A program made the position numbers and the translations under genes. 53,508 bases of DNA from a virus (lineage: Duplodnaviria > Caudoviricetes). This document shows positions 1 through 7,116 of the stretch, one piece after another; position 1 is the first letter of the stretch, and every line of letters starts with the position of its first letter. The stretch lies in IMG/VR virus record IMGVR_UViG_3300046171_000007, positions 1-53,508 of that record. One strand, 5' to 3'. The notes under the pieces are model-generated. The model searched no databases. It was not told the DNA's origin and saw nothing but the letters and a program-made list of their open reading frames with translations.

Positions 1-184
1 CTTTGGCCTGTTGATACAGGACGTTCAACTCATCCTGATATTCTTCATACCTCGACCAGTCGTCATCTGTCAACAGGTCAATTTGTTTGTCGGTCAGCAG
101 GTGGTGCCAAGCGTACAGGTTGATGATGTCGCCATCCTCGTTTCGATCCAATTCCAGGAAATCTGACATTCGCATCATCATCAT
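1..184 (-). CDS. Acidic hypothetical protein, 64 aa, continuing across the window end to a stop at 53498
   Basis: Own translation MMMMRMSDFLELDRNEDGDIINLYAW...YQQAK|DGL*; ATGA overlaps with neighbouring genes at both ends. Confidence 0.75.
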   Translation of the reverse strand, partial: MMMMRMSDFLELDRNEDGDIINLYAWHHLLTDKQIDLLTDDDWSRYEEYQDELNVLYQQAK

Positions 185-546
185 GCTACATCCTTTCCAA
201 ACCAACGCTTCGCTGTCATGTCATTGATGACATACTTGGTGCCGGTGTTCATGTCTTGCACGATCCACGGGTTCTTTCTGGCGCGTGTCTTGTAACCTAC
301 CAGCGTGAAGGCTTTACCCTGCTGGTCTGCAATCTTGCTGGTATCCAGCCCATCAATTCGGGCGAATGTTTCGAGGTCGCGTTCTTCTTTAGACGATGCC
401 CCATCCTCTCGCACTTCGACCTTGAAGGTAACTTGTGCGTCATCGTAGCTGGCATTGCCTACGTGGATGCTGTACCCATCAATGCCGTGCTGCTCAAATA
501 CTTCATTCAGCTTGTTACGTAGTGCTTTCGCTGTTGCTCTATCCAT
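181..546 (-). CDS. Hypothetical early protein (121 aa)
   Basis: ORF packed in the early operon, G-rich RBS upstream. Confidence 0.8.
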   Translation of the reverse strand: MDRATAKALRNKLNEVFEQHGIDGYSIHVGNASYDDAQVTFKVEVREDGASSKEERDLETFARIDGLDTSKIADQQGKAFTLVGYKTRARKNPWIVQDMNTGTKYVINDMTAKRWFGKDVA

Positions 547-549
547 GAC

Positions 550-684
550 CTAGCCCCCCATCTTCTGGCGTTGTTGTTTGTTCTGCCGCTGCTGCTTGCG
601 AATGGCAGCGACTGGCTTGCGATGTTTAGTCGATATCGCTTTGACCTTTACCGGCTTGCGATAGGTGAGAATTTTTTTCGACAT
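550..684 (-). CDS. Small basic protein (44 aa, MSKKILTYRK...QKMGG)
   Basis: Internal ATG of track ORF 550..756; K/R-rich. Confidence 0.6.
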   Translation of the reverse strand: MSKKILTYRKPVKVKAISTKHRKPVAAIRKQQRQNKQQRQKMGG

Positions 685-796
685 CTTTCTTGTCCCTTTT
701 TCTGTCATACTTCTTCTTGTTCGGTATGACACTTGCCCTGCGTCGGGACAAGGCAAGTGCCTTTGCTACCGGATTGACTGGCGTAACCTTACGCAC
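626..796 (-). CDS. Small basic protein, ArfA-like (56 aa)
   Basis: Not in ORF track; MRKVTPVNPVAKALALSRRRASVIPNKKKYDRKRDKK...; GTG start overlaps the end of the upstream gene. Confidence 0.6.
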   Translation of the reverse strand: MRKVTPVNPVAKALALSRRRASVIPNKKKYDRKRDKKDVEKNSHLSQAGKGQSDID

Positions 797-971
797 GTTT
801 CACAAACTGACCCGACGCCTTGTCACGTGACACCGACAGGTAGCCTTTGTTGTTCGAGAACGTACCCTTCTGCTTGTAGCGTCCGGTGGTGCGGCGGAAT
901 TGCAAGTTCTCGGCACCTACTGGGTTGCGAATGATACCGGCGACGTTCTTCTGAAACACTGTCTTTTCCAT
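789..971 (-). CDS. Small basic hypothetical protein (60 aa)
   Basis: GAAAGGA RBS then ATG at 971; promoter directly upstream. Confidence 0.7.
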   Translation of the reverse strand: MEKTVFQKNVAGIIRNPVGAENLQFRRTTGRYKQKGTFSNNKGYLSVSRDKASGQFVKRA

Positions 972-1007
972 GATATGTAGTCCTTTCATATTGGTTTCGA
1001 TACCTAG

Positions 1008-1036
1008 TCATTAGACTAGTCTGGTCATGGGGTCAA
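1008..1036 (-). promoter_or_regulatory. Sigma70-type promoter
   Basis: TTGACC-17 nt-TAATGA on the - strand; overlaps palindromes CTAGTC-ATTA-GACTAG and AGACTAGTCT. Confidence 0.5.
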
Positions 1037-1176
1037 CCCCCTATTTGCATCTACTTGGCAACGCCCCGCTGGCATCGGTTATCTAGCATCTGGCCCCATT
1101 GTGATGCCCACTAAATAGGCTTTCCTGTTAGGCCGTCGGCTTTGTTCTGCCTTTCGATGTTGTCAGTATCCCCCCA

Positions 1177-1197
1177 CAATGTGGCAAGAATAAGGCA
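1177..1197. repeat. 21-bp repeat, copy 1 (CAATGTGGCAAGAATAAGGCA)
   Basis: 20/21 identical to 3042..3062. Confidence 0.85.
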
Positions 1198-1212
1198 CAA
1201 TAAACTTTTTTG

Positions 1213-1484
1213 CGTCGGAAATTTGACACCACCCACCCCTCACCCGTCAATAATTTGACGCCAGGAACCAGGTGTTTTAACACGCTAAAACATTTAGCCC
1301 ACCCACCATGTGTTAAGCCCACCTAATAAAGTTAGCCATGCCTAACATTCTTTGCCCCACCATATAAAATTAGCTGCCCCACCCAATGTTAGCCATGCCT
1401 AACACCGTCAATATTTTGACACCAGGAACCAGGGATTTTGAAAAATAAAAAAGGCCAGCCGGTGCGATACCGGCCAGCCCCACC
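1213..1484. repeat. Non-coding array of duplicated palindromic boxes and GCCC(C)ACC repeats
   Basis: 29-mers at 1244-1272 and 1405-1433 (27/29); identical 17-mers at 1331-1347 and 1388-1404; GCCC(C)ACC at 1297, 1317, 1354, 1376, 1477. Confidence 0.85.
1441..1479 (-). terminator. Rho-independent terminator
   Basis: - strand GGCTGGCCGGT-ATCGC-ACCGGCTGGCC-TTTTTTATTTTT just after the stop at 1487. Confidence 0.8.
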
Positions 1485-1486
1485 AT

Positions 1487-1639
1487 TTAGGCCCGACTGA
1501 ATTTCCCGTCGGTGTAATAGTCCATCATGCGTCTCACATGGTCGGCATCCATTGTGGCAAGCGATGTCGCCACATATCGGGCATCGTCCCGTGATAGATG
1601 CTGGCGCAATTCACGATAGAGTTTTTGTGCTTTTGTCAT
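1487..1639 (-). CDS. Small hypothetical protein (50 aa)
   Basis: MTKAQKLYRELRQHLSRDDARYVATSLATMDADHVRRMMDYYTDGKFSRA; GAGAGGG RBS; followed by the terminator. Confidence 0.65.
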   Translation of the reverse strand: MTKAQKLYRELRQHLSRDDARYVATSLATMDADHVRRMMDYYTDGKFSRA

Positions 1640-1641
1640 GT

Positions 1642-1970
1642 CTATGCCCTCTCAATGGTGATGGTATCGTCTCCAAACGTCGCCATGTAATGGCTGGCAC
1701 CGTCCAGAAAATTCAGACACATAGCGGCCATTCAAATCGACAATGGGACGCGCTGGCGTTCCGGCAATCTTGCCCTTTGCCTTTGTCGGTGTCACGTACG
1801 TCTGCAAACTGTAGCGTCAATGCTGGCGCGTTACTGCCAATAGGTGCCACCATTACGCGCCTAAACCGTCGGCCATGTATAAAGCCATTGGCTTTCAATA
1901 TGTCGCCCTCTATCCATATACGGGCATTGCCGCGATTGAATGCTGTCTTGAATGTCTTTTGCATGGTCAT
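1642..1970 (-). CDS. Hypothetical early protein (about 108 aa; two apparent 1-nt insertions)
   Basis: Removing one base at about 1775 and one at about 1710 gives ...KGKIAGTPARPIVDLNGRYVSEFLDGASHYMATFGDDTITIERA*. Confidence 0.6.
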
Positions 1971-2054
1971 ATCCTTTTCATGCTGTTGCTAGGCCGTTAT
2001 TGGCTAAAGAATAGTGACATGGCGACAACACGCGCCGCCATGCCATGGGTTAGG

Positions 2055-2785
2055 TTAGGCCGTGAAATTATTCTTTCCGGCACCATGCGCGGGAATGGCT
2101 ATAGACTTTGGCGGCAATGCTACTGCCAGCACAAAGCTTGCAAGCTTGGCATTGAACGCGCTGTCCGGCCTCTTTACTGGCGGGGCATAGTATCTCTTTC
2201 CCGCGAATGATATCGGAAACATTAGCGACAACCCGAAATGTTCTTTCACCATTGCGCCAAGCTTCCCGCGCCTCTTGTTCTGTATCTGCAGAACGCATAA
2301 CCATGTCGGGCCTATAATCCGCGCCAGTCACGCCGGATTGGTGGCTATATCCTGTCCAACCGTCGGCATTCTTTAGCAAGGCTTTCCCATATATAGGACG
2401 GGACAGCCGACGGATCGCCATAGGTGCCTAGTCGCACCATACGTCCCGCGCCAAGCTTGGCGATAGCGTCATCGCCTATCGCGGTATCGTATATGCCGCG
2501 CTGATATGATTTCCAGACAATCAAAACGCCTTGTGCGATATTGACATAACATGACCGATTTTCGGCAAGCTTTCTATTCGGATCATTCGTCGGCGTTCCG
2601 CGATGCCGACAGTCGCCACAAATCGAATAATCCGCGCCAGTCTTGTTTGCATCGCGCGGATCAATGTCGCGGCATAGGATATATGTCTGTACCATGTCGC
2701 CAGTCTTGGCATTGCCAGATTTGCGAATGGCAATTGCGATGATAGGCGTTCCGTCTAACAGTGATGGGCCGTTGTAAATAATCAT
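2055..2785 (-). CDS. Cys-rich, putative Fe-S protein (about 242 aa; two apparent 1-nt insertions)
   Basis: Joins track ORFs 2345..2842, 2068..2421 and 2055..2252; motifs ICGDC, SCYV, RLGTYGDP, TGYSHQ, CPAS, CQACKLC. Confidence 0.7.
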
Positions 2786-2801
2786 GGTTTGCTTTCCTTT
2801 C

Positions 2802-2997
2802 CTATTCGGTGATTGCTTCAAACGTAAAGAGATAACCGGCAATGGCTATCATTTCAAATTCTGCCATGCAAAAGACATATAGAACGTCATCTAGATCGGC
2901 ATCGGCTGGCGCATAGATATGTAAATCATATGCATCGGAATAGGCCATGTATTCCGTCCAACCCATGGCGCGGCATTCAATGGCATTCGTTGGCCAT
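2802..2997 (-). CDS. First early gene, small acidic protein (about 64 aa; apparent 1-nt insertion near the start)
   Basis: GAAAGGA RBS; open frame ...AIECRAMGWTEYMAYSDAYDLHIYAPADADLDDVLYVFCMAEFEMIAIAGYLFTFEAITE*. Confidence 0.6.
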
Positions 2998-3034
2998 GGG
3001 TCCTTTCATATGCGCGTGAATATTTTGTCTGTAT

Positions 3035-3063
3035 GTCCTAGCAATGTGGCAAGAATAGGGCAA
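3035..3063 (-). promoter_or_regulatory. Putative early promoter overlapping copy 2 of the 21-bp repeat
   Basis: TTGCCC-17 nt-TAGGAC, with an A-rich upstream element. Confidence 0.45.
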
Positions 3064-3309
3064 GCATTATTTTTTAGGGGATATAGTGCTGCATTTCATG
3101 CATCGCCGGTCTGTTTTCATGTGTTAAAACATAAACACGCCATTCGGTGGCGTCGGATATGGCGTCAATTCATAGCATATGCCATTGACCATAACCTAAA
3201 AAGTCCAGGCATTTCAATAGTTTAGCAGCTTTCGATCCATCGCTTGCGTCACGGGCTGGCGCGAATGAAACAAAAGGTGTCGCAATCGGGCGTAATCCGC
3301 GCGGATCAA

Positions 3310-3351
3310 GGTGGGCAGGCGGGGGCCACGGTGGGGGTATACGTACGTATA
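3310..3351. other. G-tract cluster plus perfect 14-bp palindrome TATACGTACGTATA; candidate genome end or packaging site
   Basis: GGTGGGCAGGCGGGGGCCACGGTGGGGG followed by the palindrome at 3338-3351, between the divergent arms. Confidence 0.45.
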
Positions 3352-3470
3352 TATGGTGAAATACACAGATTGGGAAAATTGAATGGTAACCACTGCGGCA
3401 ACTCATAACCATCTTATGCACAAGTACTGCACAATGTGCCTAAAAAATAGGCAACTCCTTGCTCACGATA

Positions 3471-3489
3471 TGTTACATATATTGTAACA
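3471..3489. promoter_or_regulatory. Inverted repeat TGTTACA-N5-TGTAACA, operator-like
   Basis: Perfect 7-bp arms just upstream of the 3513 promoter. Confidence 0.55.
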
Positions 3490-3512
3490 ATCAGTAACAG
3501 TACATTTTGTTC

Positions 3513-3541
3513 TTGACAGTGTTTTTACGGTATGGTATAAC
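3513..3541 (+). promoter_or_regulatory. Sigma70 promoter of the + arm
   Basis: TTGACA-17 nt-TATAAC with extended -10 TG. Confidence 0.85.
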
Positions 3542-3557
3542 TAGTATATATAATGCT

Positions 3558-3688
3558 TCATTAGATGCTCTACATTAAATAAAAGAACATAGATGTAAAA
3601 ACATAGATGAAATAAATTTGTTAAAGACATCTAATGCTACATCTAATATAAGCAAACTTGTTAAAAGCATTAAATGCTACATCTAATA
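3558..3688. repeat. AT-rich iteron-like repeat cluster (candidate origin or operator)
   Basis: 31-mers at 3618-3648 and 3658-3688 (27/31); AACATAGATG twice; repeated CAT-N3-AT(G/A). Confidence 0.7.
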
Positions 3689-3728
3689 CCCCCCTATGGA
3701 CTAAATCTCGTATTTTCAAAAAAAGTAG

Positions 3729-3756
3729 TTGACAATGGCGAAGAAATCTGTAAAAC
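3729..3756 (+). promoter_or_regulatory. Sigma70-type promoter
   Basis: TTGACA-16 nt-TAAAAC, same pattern as the other phage promoters. Confidence 0.5.
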
Positions 3757-3983
3757 TATATACAGACAACGTATTGGAGGCATTTTATGATGCCATCAAG
3801 AATAACACATTAGATAAATTACACATACCTCATAGCGATGTATTTTTTGTACGTAAGGCAGTAGAAGCACATTATGGCCGCCCTTTCACATTAGAACACG
3901 TAGAGTGGGCTATGCGCATGGAAGGATGGACAGACGATGTTGACAGCAATGGTACTGGTATGCAGCCTCGTGACAGAGAATGA
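3735..3983 (+). CDS. Hypothetical protein
   Basis: First ORF of the + arm. Confidence 0.7.
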   Translation: MAKKSVKLYTDNVLEAFYDAIKNNTLDKLHIPHSDVFFVRKAVEAHYGRPFTLEHVEWAMRMEGWTDDVDSNGTGMQPRDRE

Positions 3984-4143
3984 CTGTATGTTGTTCACTG
4001 ACAATCGTGGGCCGTATGATACTGAAGAAAAATGTTTAGCCCGTGTTGAAGAGATGATTACGGATATCACTCCAACACTTCCACCTGTGCCAGCACAGTT
4101 TAGGTACAAGTGCGAACAAGTGATTAAGGGAACTGCGACATGA
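3937..4143 (+). CDS. Small Cys-containing, possibly exported protein
   Basis: Hydrophobic N-terminus, 4 Cys, GPYxTxExC. Confidence 0.7.
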   Translation: MLTAMVLVCSLVTENDCMLFTDNRGPYDTEEKCLARVEEMITDITPTLPPVPAQFRYKCEQVIKGTAT

Positions 4144-4442
4144 GTGTCGAATATCGTGGCATTACATTCCCAGGATATAACAAACCGATTAAGTCAAACC
4201 GTGAAGGTAAGAAGATGATGGTTCTTGCCAAGGAGGGTGACAAGGTTAAGTTAATCCACTTTGGTGCTACAGGTTATGGTCACAATTACAGTGCTGCAGC
4301 GCGTAAGTCATTTCGTGCTAGGCACAAATGTGACACAGCGAATGACAAGATGACTGCTCGGTACTGGGCATGTCGTCATCTGTGGAAAGGGCCAAGTGGT
4401 AGCAAGAAGTCCAGCCCTAAGTCACGCAAAGGAAAATACTAA
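4140..4442 (+). CDS. Basic hypothetical protein (DUF6321-like)
   Basis: RKSFRARHKC...ARYWAC motif; coupled start/stop overlaps. Confidence 0.75.
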   Translation: MSVEYRGITFPGYNKPIKSNREGKKMMVLAKEGDKVKLIHFGATGYGHNYSAAARKSFRARHKCDTANDKMTARYWACRHLWKGPSGSKKSSPKSRKGKY

Positions 4443-4693
4443 TGGCTAAGAAGAATAAAAAGAATGACGACGTAATGGTTGTCTCAATTGGTGTAGGCAC
4501 TATGCCAGCAAAGAAGCTGAAAGAAAAGATGAAGAAGGCTGAGATGGCAATGGGTGGTATGGCTAATGGTAAGAAGCATATGTATTCTGCTGGTGGCAAT
4601 GTTACTGACAAGCTGCCAAACAAAGGCTTGCAAAGGCTGGCATCTACAACCAAAGGACGGGAAGCTGTACGTAACATGGGCTTTGATGTCTAG
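4442..4693 (+). CDS. Small basic protein with xxGG motifs
   Basis: MAMGG, YSAGG; K-rich. Confidence 0.75.
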   Translation: MAKKNKKNDDVMVVSIGVGTMPAKKLKEKMKKAEMAMGGMANGKKHMYSAGGNVTDKLPNKGLQRLASTTKGREAVRNMGFDV

Positions 4694-4695
4694 TA

Positions 4696-5265
4696 GTGCA
4701 TCCTGTAGAGCAAGACATACGTAATTGGTCTGCCAATTTTCTTGAAGTACCGAATGCCAAGTTAAATGGCTTACCCCCATGCCCCTATGCAAAACAGGCA
4801 TGGCTAGAAGATAAAGTAACATTCAGTATCAACACTGGGCTGGACGGACTTGTAGAGGAAGTGCAGCAGTTTGAGTCCCACGACTCTGACATAGTTGTGT
4901 GGGCTAGTGAGTACTTACCTGTCATGGAATACTTGGATGGCTTCTGTGACGGCATAAATGAAGCACTGTCTGTGTCAGGGATTGACTTACACCTGATGCA
5001 GTTTCACCCAGACTACGGCGCAGATGAAGCCGGTCTGGACTTTTTGTTACAGCAAGGGGTAAGTGACCCTGACCTAGAATACTGCATGGTCTTTGTGCAG
5101 AAGCTGTCGCTACTGGATGATGCGGCATTAAGTCTGGAGAAGTCTGACTATTACACGAACTTCCCGACCGATACATATGAAGCCTTAGTGCTTGACAGAC
5201 GGAGATTACGAAATGGTAATGAAGAAAAAGATGCGTGGCGGCGGCATGATGAAGACAGCAGCTAA
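4696..5265 (+). CDS. Hypothetical protein (DUF1415-like)
   Basis: LPPCPYAK and FHP motifs. Confidence 0.65.
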   Translation: MHPVEQDIRNWSANFLEVPNAKLNGLPPCPYAKQAWLEDKVTFSINTGLDGLVEEVQQFESHDSDIVVWASEYLPVMEYLDGFCDGINEALSVSGIDLHLMQFHPDYGADEAGLDFLLQQGVSDPDLEYCMVFVQKLSLLDDAALSLEKSDYYTNFPTDTYEALVLDRRRLRNGNEEKDAWRRHDEDSS

Positions 5266-5341
5266 AAAGAAAATGATGCGTGGCGGTGCAGTTGCCAAGA
5301 AGAAGATGATGCGCGGTGGCGTAGCTAAAAAGAAAAAGTAA
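5213..5341 (+). CDS. Protamine-like peptide (42 aa)
   Basis: Not in track; GGAG RBS; MVMKKKMRGGGMMKTAAKKKMMRGGAVAKKKMMRGGVAKKKK. Confidence 0.8.
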   Translation: MVMKKKMRGGGMMKTAAKKKMMRGGAVAKKKMMRGGVAKKKK

Positions 5342-5452
5342 ATGGCCAAGCAATACGCAAACAGCTTTATGAAAAAGAAGCGTATTCGTAGACCCGGAGT
5401 TCATAAGAAAAATGCGAACAAGCGTAACAAACCTAAAACGTACTTCGGTTAA
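5342..5452 (+). CDS. Small basic peptide (36 aa)
   Basis: MAKQYANSFMKKKRIRRPGVHKKNANKRNKPKTYFG; abuts the previous stop. Confidence 0.6.
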   Translation: MAKQYANSFMKKKRIRRPGVHKKNANKRNKPKTYFG

Positions 5453-5555
5453 GTACTTCGGTTGGGGTTTGCTCTATATGGGCAAGCCTTTTACCGCTGT
5501 TGGCAACTGGTTCTGGAAACGGCACCGTGCTGTACTGGATTGGAATAACAAGTGA
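5412..5555 (+). CDS. Small hypothetical protein (47 aa)
   Basis: MRTSVTNLKRTSVKYFGWGLLYMGKPF...; GTGA overlap with the next gene. Confidence 0.55.
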   Translation: MRTSVTNLKRTSVKYFGWGLLYMGKPFTAVGNWFWKRHRAVLDWNNK

Positions 5556-6301
5556 GTATTACAAGCTACCCGCAACTGATTGGCATGGGAGGCGGTGTCG
5601 GATATTACCCGTACTTCGTGCAGGTTTCTCGTGGGCTAGTAGATGGCCATAAACGTATATTTAAGTTCGGTCACAATCCTCAAATACAAAACACAGAAGA
5701 AACAATCTGGGACGCTGGCGGCATCTATGCGTACCCATCTAGTGCCGTTGCAATGACGGTGACTAGCGGTGCAGCCGCAACAGACAACGGCGTACAGATT
5801 AACGTCGCCGGTTTAGACGCAAGCTACAATGAAGTCAACGAGACTGTAACACTGGCTGGTAGCGGGACGGCAACAACGACACAGACATTCCTGCGTGTTA
5901 ATCGCTGCTTTGTGGCAGGGTCTACTGCTCCCACCGATGACGTTACCATTTCGAATGGCGGCACTACGTATGCACAGATTACTAATGGTGAAAACCAAAC
6001 GCTGATGTCTCTGTGGACCGTACCGGCTGGTTATACAGCGTATCTGCTTGCGCTAGATGCAACAGCATTTACAGAACAGAATAATAAGGTTGCCACACTC
6101 CGCTACTTGACAAGAGAATTGAACGGCGTATTCAGAGTTAAAAACAAGTTTGATTTGTTTCAGGCAGCTTTCCATCAAAACTACATTACACCAGAACCAA
6201 TTTCAGAAAAGACAGATATTGAGTTCCGTGCTGTAGCTACAAGTTCTAATGCTAACCTTCATGTAGCTGCTTCGATGGACATCATTTACATAGAGAACTA
6301 A
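5552..6301 (+). CDS. Beta-rich putative structural protein
   Basis: 249 aa, Thr/Gly/Ala-rich; KFG...ETIWD motif. Confidence 0.7.
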   Translation: MSITSYPQLIGMGGGVGYYPYFVQVSRGLVDGHKRIFKFGHNPQIQNTEETIWDAGGIYAYPSSAVAMTVTSGAAATDNGVQINVAGLDASYNEVNETVTLAGSGTATTTQTFLRVNRCFVAGSTAPTDDVTISNGGTTYAQITNGENQTLMSLWTVPAGYTAYLLALDATAFTEQNNKVATLRYLTRELNGVFRVKNKFDLFQAAFHQNYITPEPISEKTDIEFRAVATSSNANLHVAASMDIIYIEN

Positions 6302-6302
6302 G

Positions 6303-6641
6303 ATGGAAACAAAGAACCGCACGGTTGGTCTTTCATTAGGCACAAGCAATGCAGACATCTATACTGTTCCCTCTAATTATGAAGCAGAGGTTGACAGCAT
6401 TTTTGTAAGCAACGCCAGTTCATCTAATGTCACATTCAGCCTCGACTGGTACGACAGCCAAAACACAACCTTCTACACACTTGCCGAAACAGTCGAGTTG
6501 CTAGGCAATTCGATGCTTCAGATTAATGATGATCCTCTGTGGCTTTTCAAGGGTGACAAACTACGTGGCCTTGCCAGTACAAGTGGTGCAGTCACTGTCA
6601 CTGTAAAGCTAAAGGAATCATATTTGCCCCAAAGGAGTTAG
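6303..6641 (+). CDS. Putative structural protein (beta sandwich)
   Basis: IYTVP...GDKL motif typical of podovirus minor structural proteins. Confidence 0.65.
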   Translation: METKNRTVGLSLGTSNADIYTVPSNYEAEVDSIFVSNASSSNVTFSLDWYDSQNTTFYTLAETVELLGNSMLQINDDPLWLFKGDKLRGLASTSGAVTVTVKLKESYLPQRS

Positions 6642-6646
6642 AGGAG

Positions 6647-6925
6647 ATGGCACGTGTCGCTAAAAAAGCCCCCGCAAAAAAGAAAACCGCATCGGCTAGA
6701 ACGCAAAAGAAATCGACTGGAAAGGTTAGCCTTGCGCCGGGGGGTTCGGTACCAAGCAAATCTAGAGTTAACCAAGCTGGCAACTATACTAAGCCCACAA
6801 TGAGAAAGAACCTATTTAATAAGATTAAAGCAGGTGGCAAAGGTGGCAATCCAGGCCAGTGGTCTGCACGTAAGGCGCAGATGCTTGCGAAACAATACAA
6901 AGCCAAAGGGGGCGGCTACAGATAA
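6647..6925 (+). CDS. Basic protein, N-terminal half of a DUF5872-like domain
   Basis: YTKPTMR...KGGNPGQWSARKAQ...GGGY. Confidence 0.7.
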   Translation: MARVAKKAPAKKKTASARTQKKSTGKVSLAPGGSVPSKSRVNQAGNYTKPTMRKNLFNKIKAGGKGGNPGQWSARKAQMLAKQYKAKGGGYR

Positions 6926-6927
6926 AA

Positions 6928-7116
6928 ATGAAACACGTCTTTCTCCTGTTCGTCTTTCTTGGCTTGGGAGAAGACAAACGTCAGGTTAGCAAGGACATGT
7001 ATTTCCGTGACCTGAATGATTGTGTTTGGTATGCACAGATGCTTCATAAGCAGGGCAAGAATATAACAGCATACTGCTTGCCCAAGTTAGTGAATAAAGA
7101 TATGGAGACGTACTGA
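6928..7116 (+). CDS. Small Cys-containing, possibly exported protein
   Basis: Hydrophobic N-terminus; YFRDLNDC...AYCLP. Confidence 0.7.
   Translation: MKHVFLLFVFLGLGEDKRQVSKDMYFRDLNDCVWYAQMLHKQGKNITAYCLPKLVNKDMETY

Noticed and set aside
1244-1433. CRISPR mini-array
   Set aside because: Only two 29-mers 161 bp apart, the interval itself contains repeats, and there is no cas operon; the Cas4-like gene sits in the replication module
1553-1574. TGTGGC-N10-GCCACA palindrome
   Set aside because: Inside a coding sequence and spaced differently from the intergenic repeats
2947-3421. Track ORFs 2947..3225 (+) and 3170..3421 (-)
   Set aside because: No RBS, they overlap promoter and terminus-like elements, and the sequences look non-coding
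5440-5463. Tandem GTACTTCGGTT duplication
   Set aside because: Two short copies inside overlapping small ORFs; no further structure
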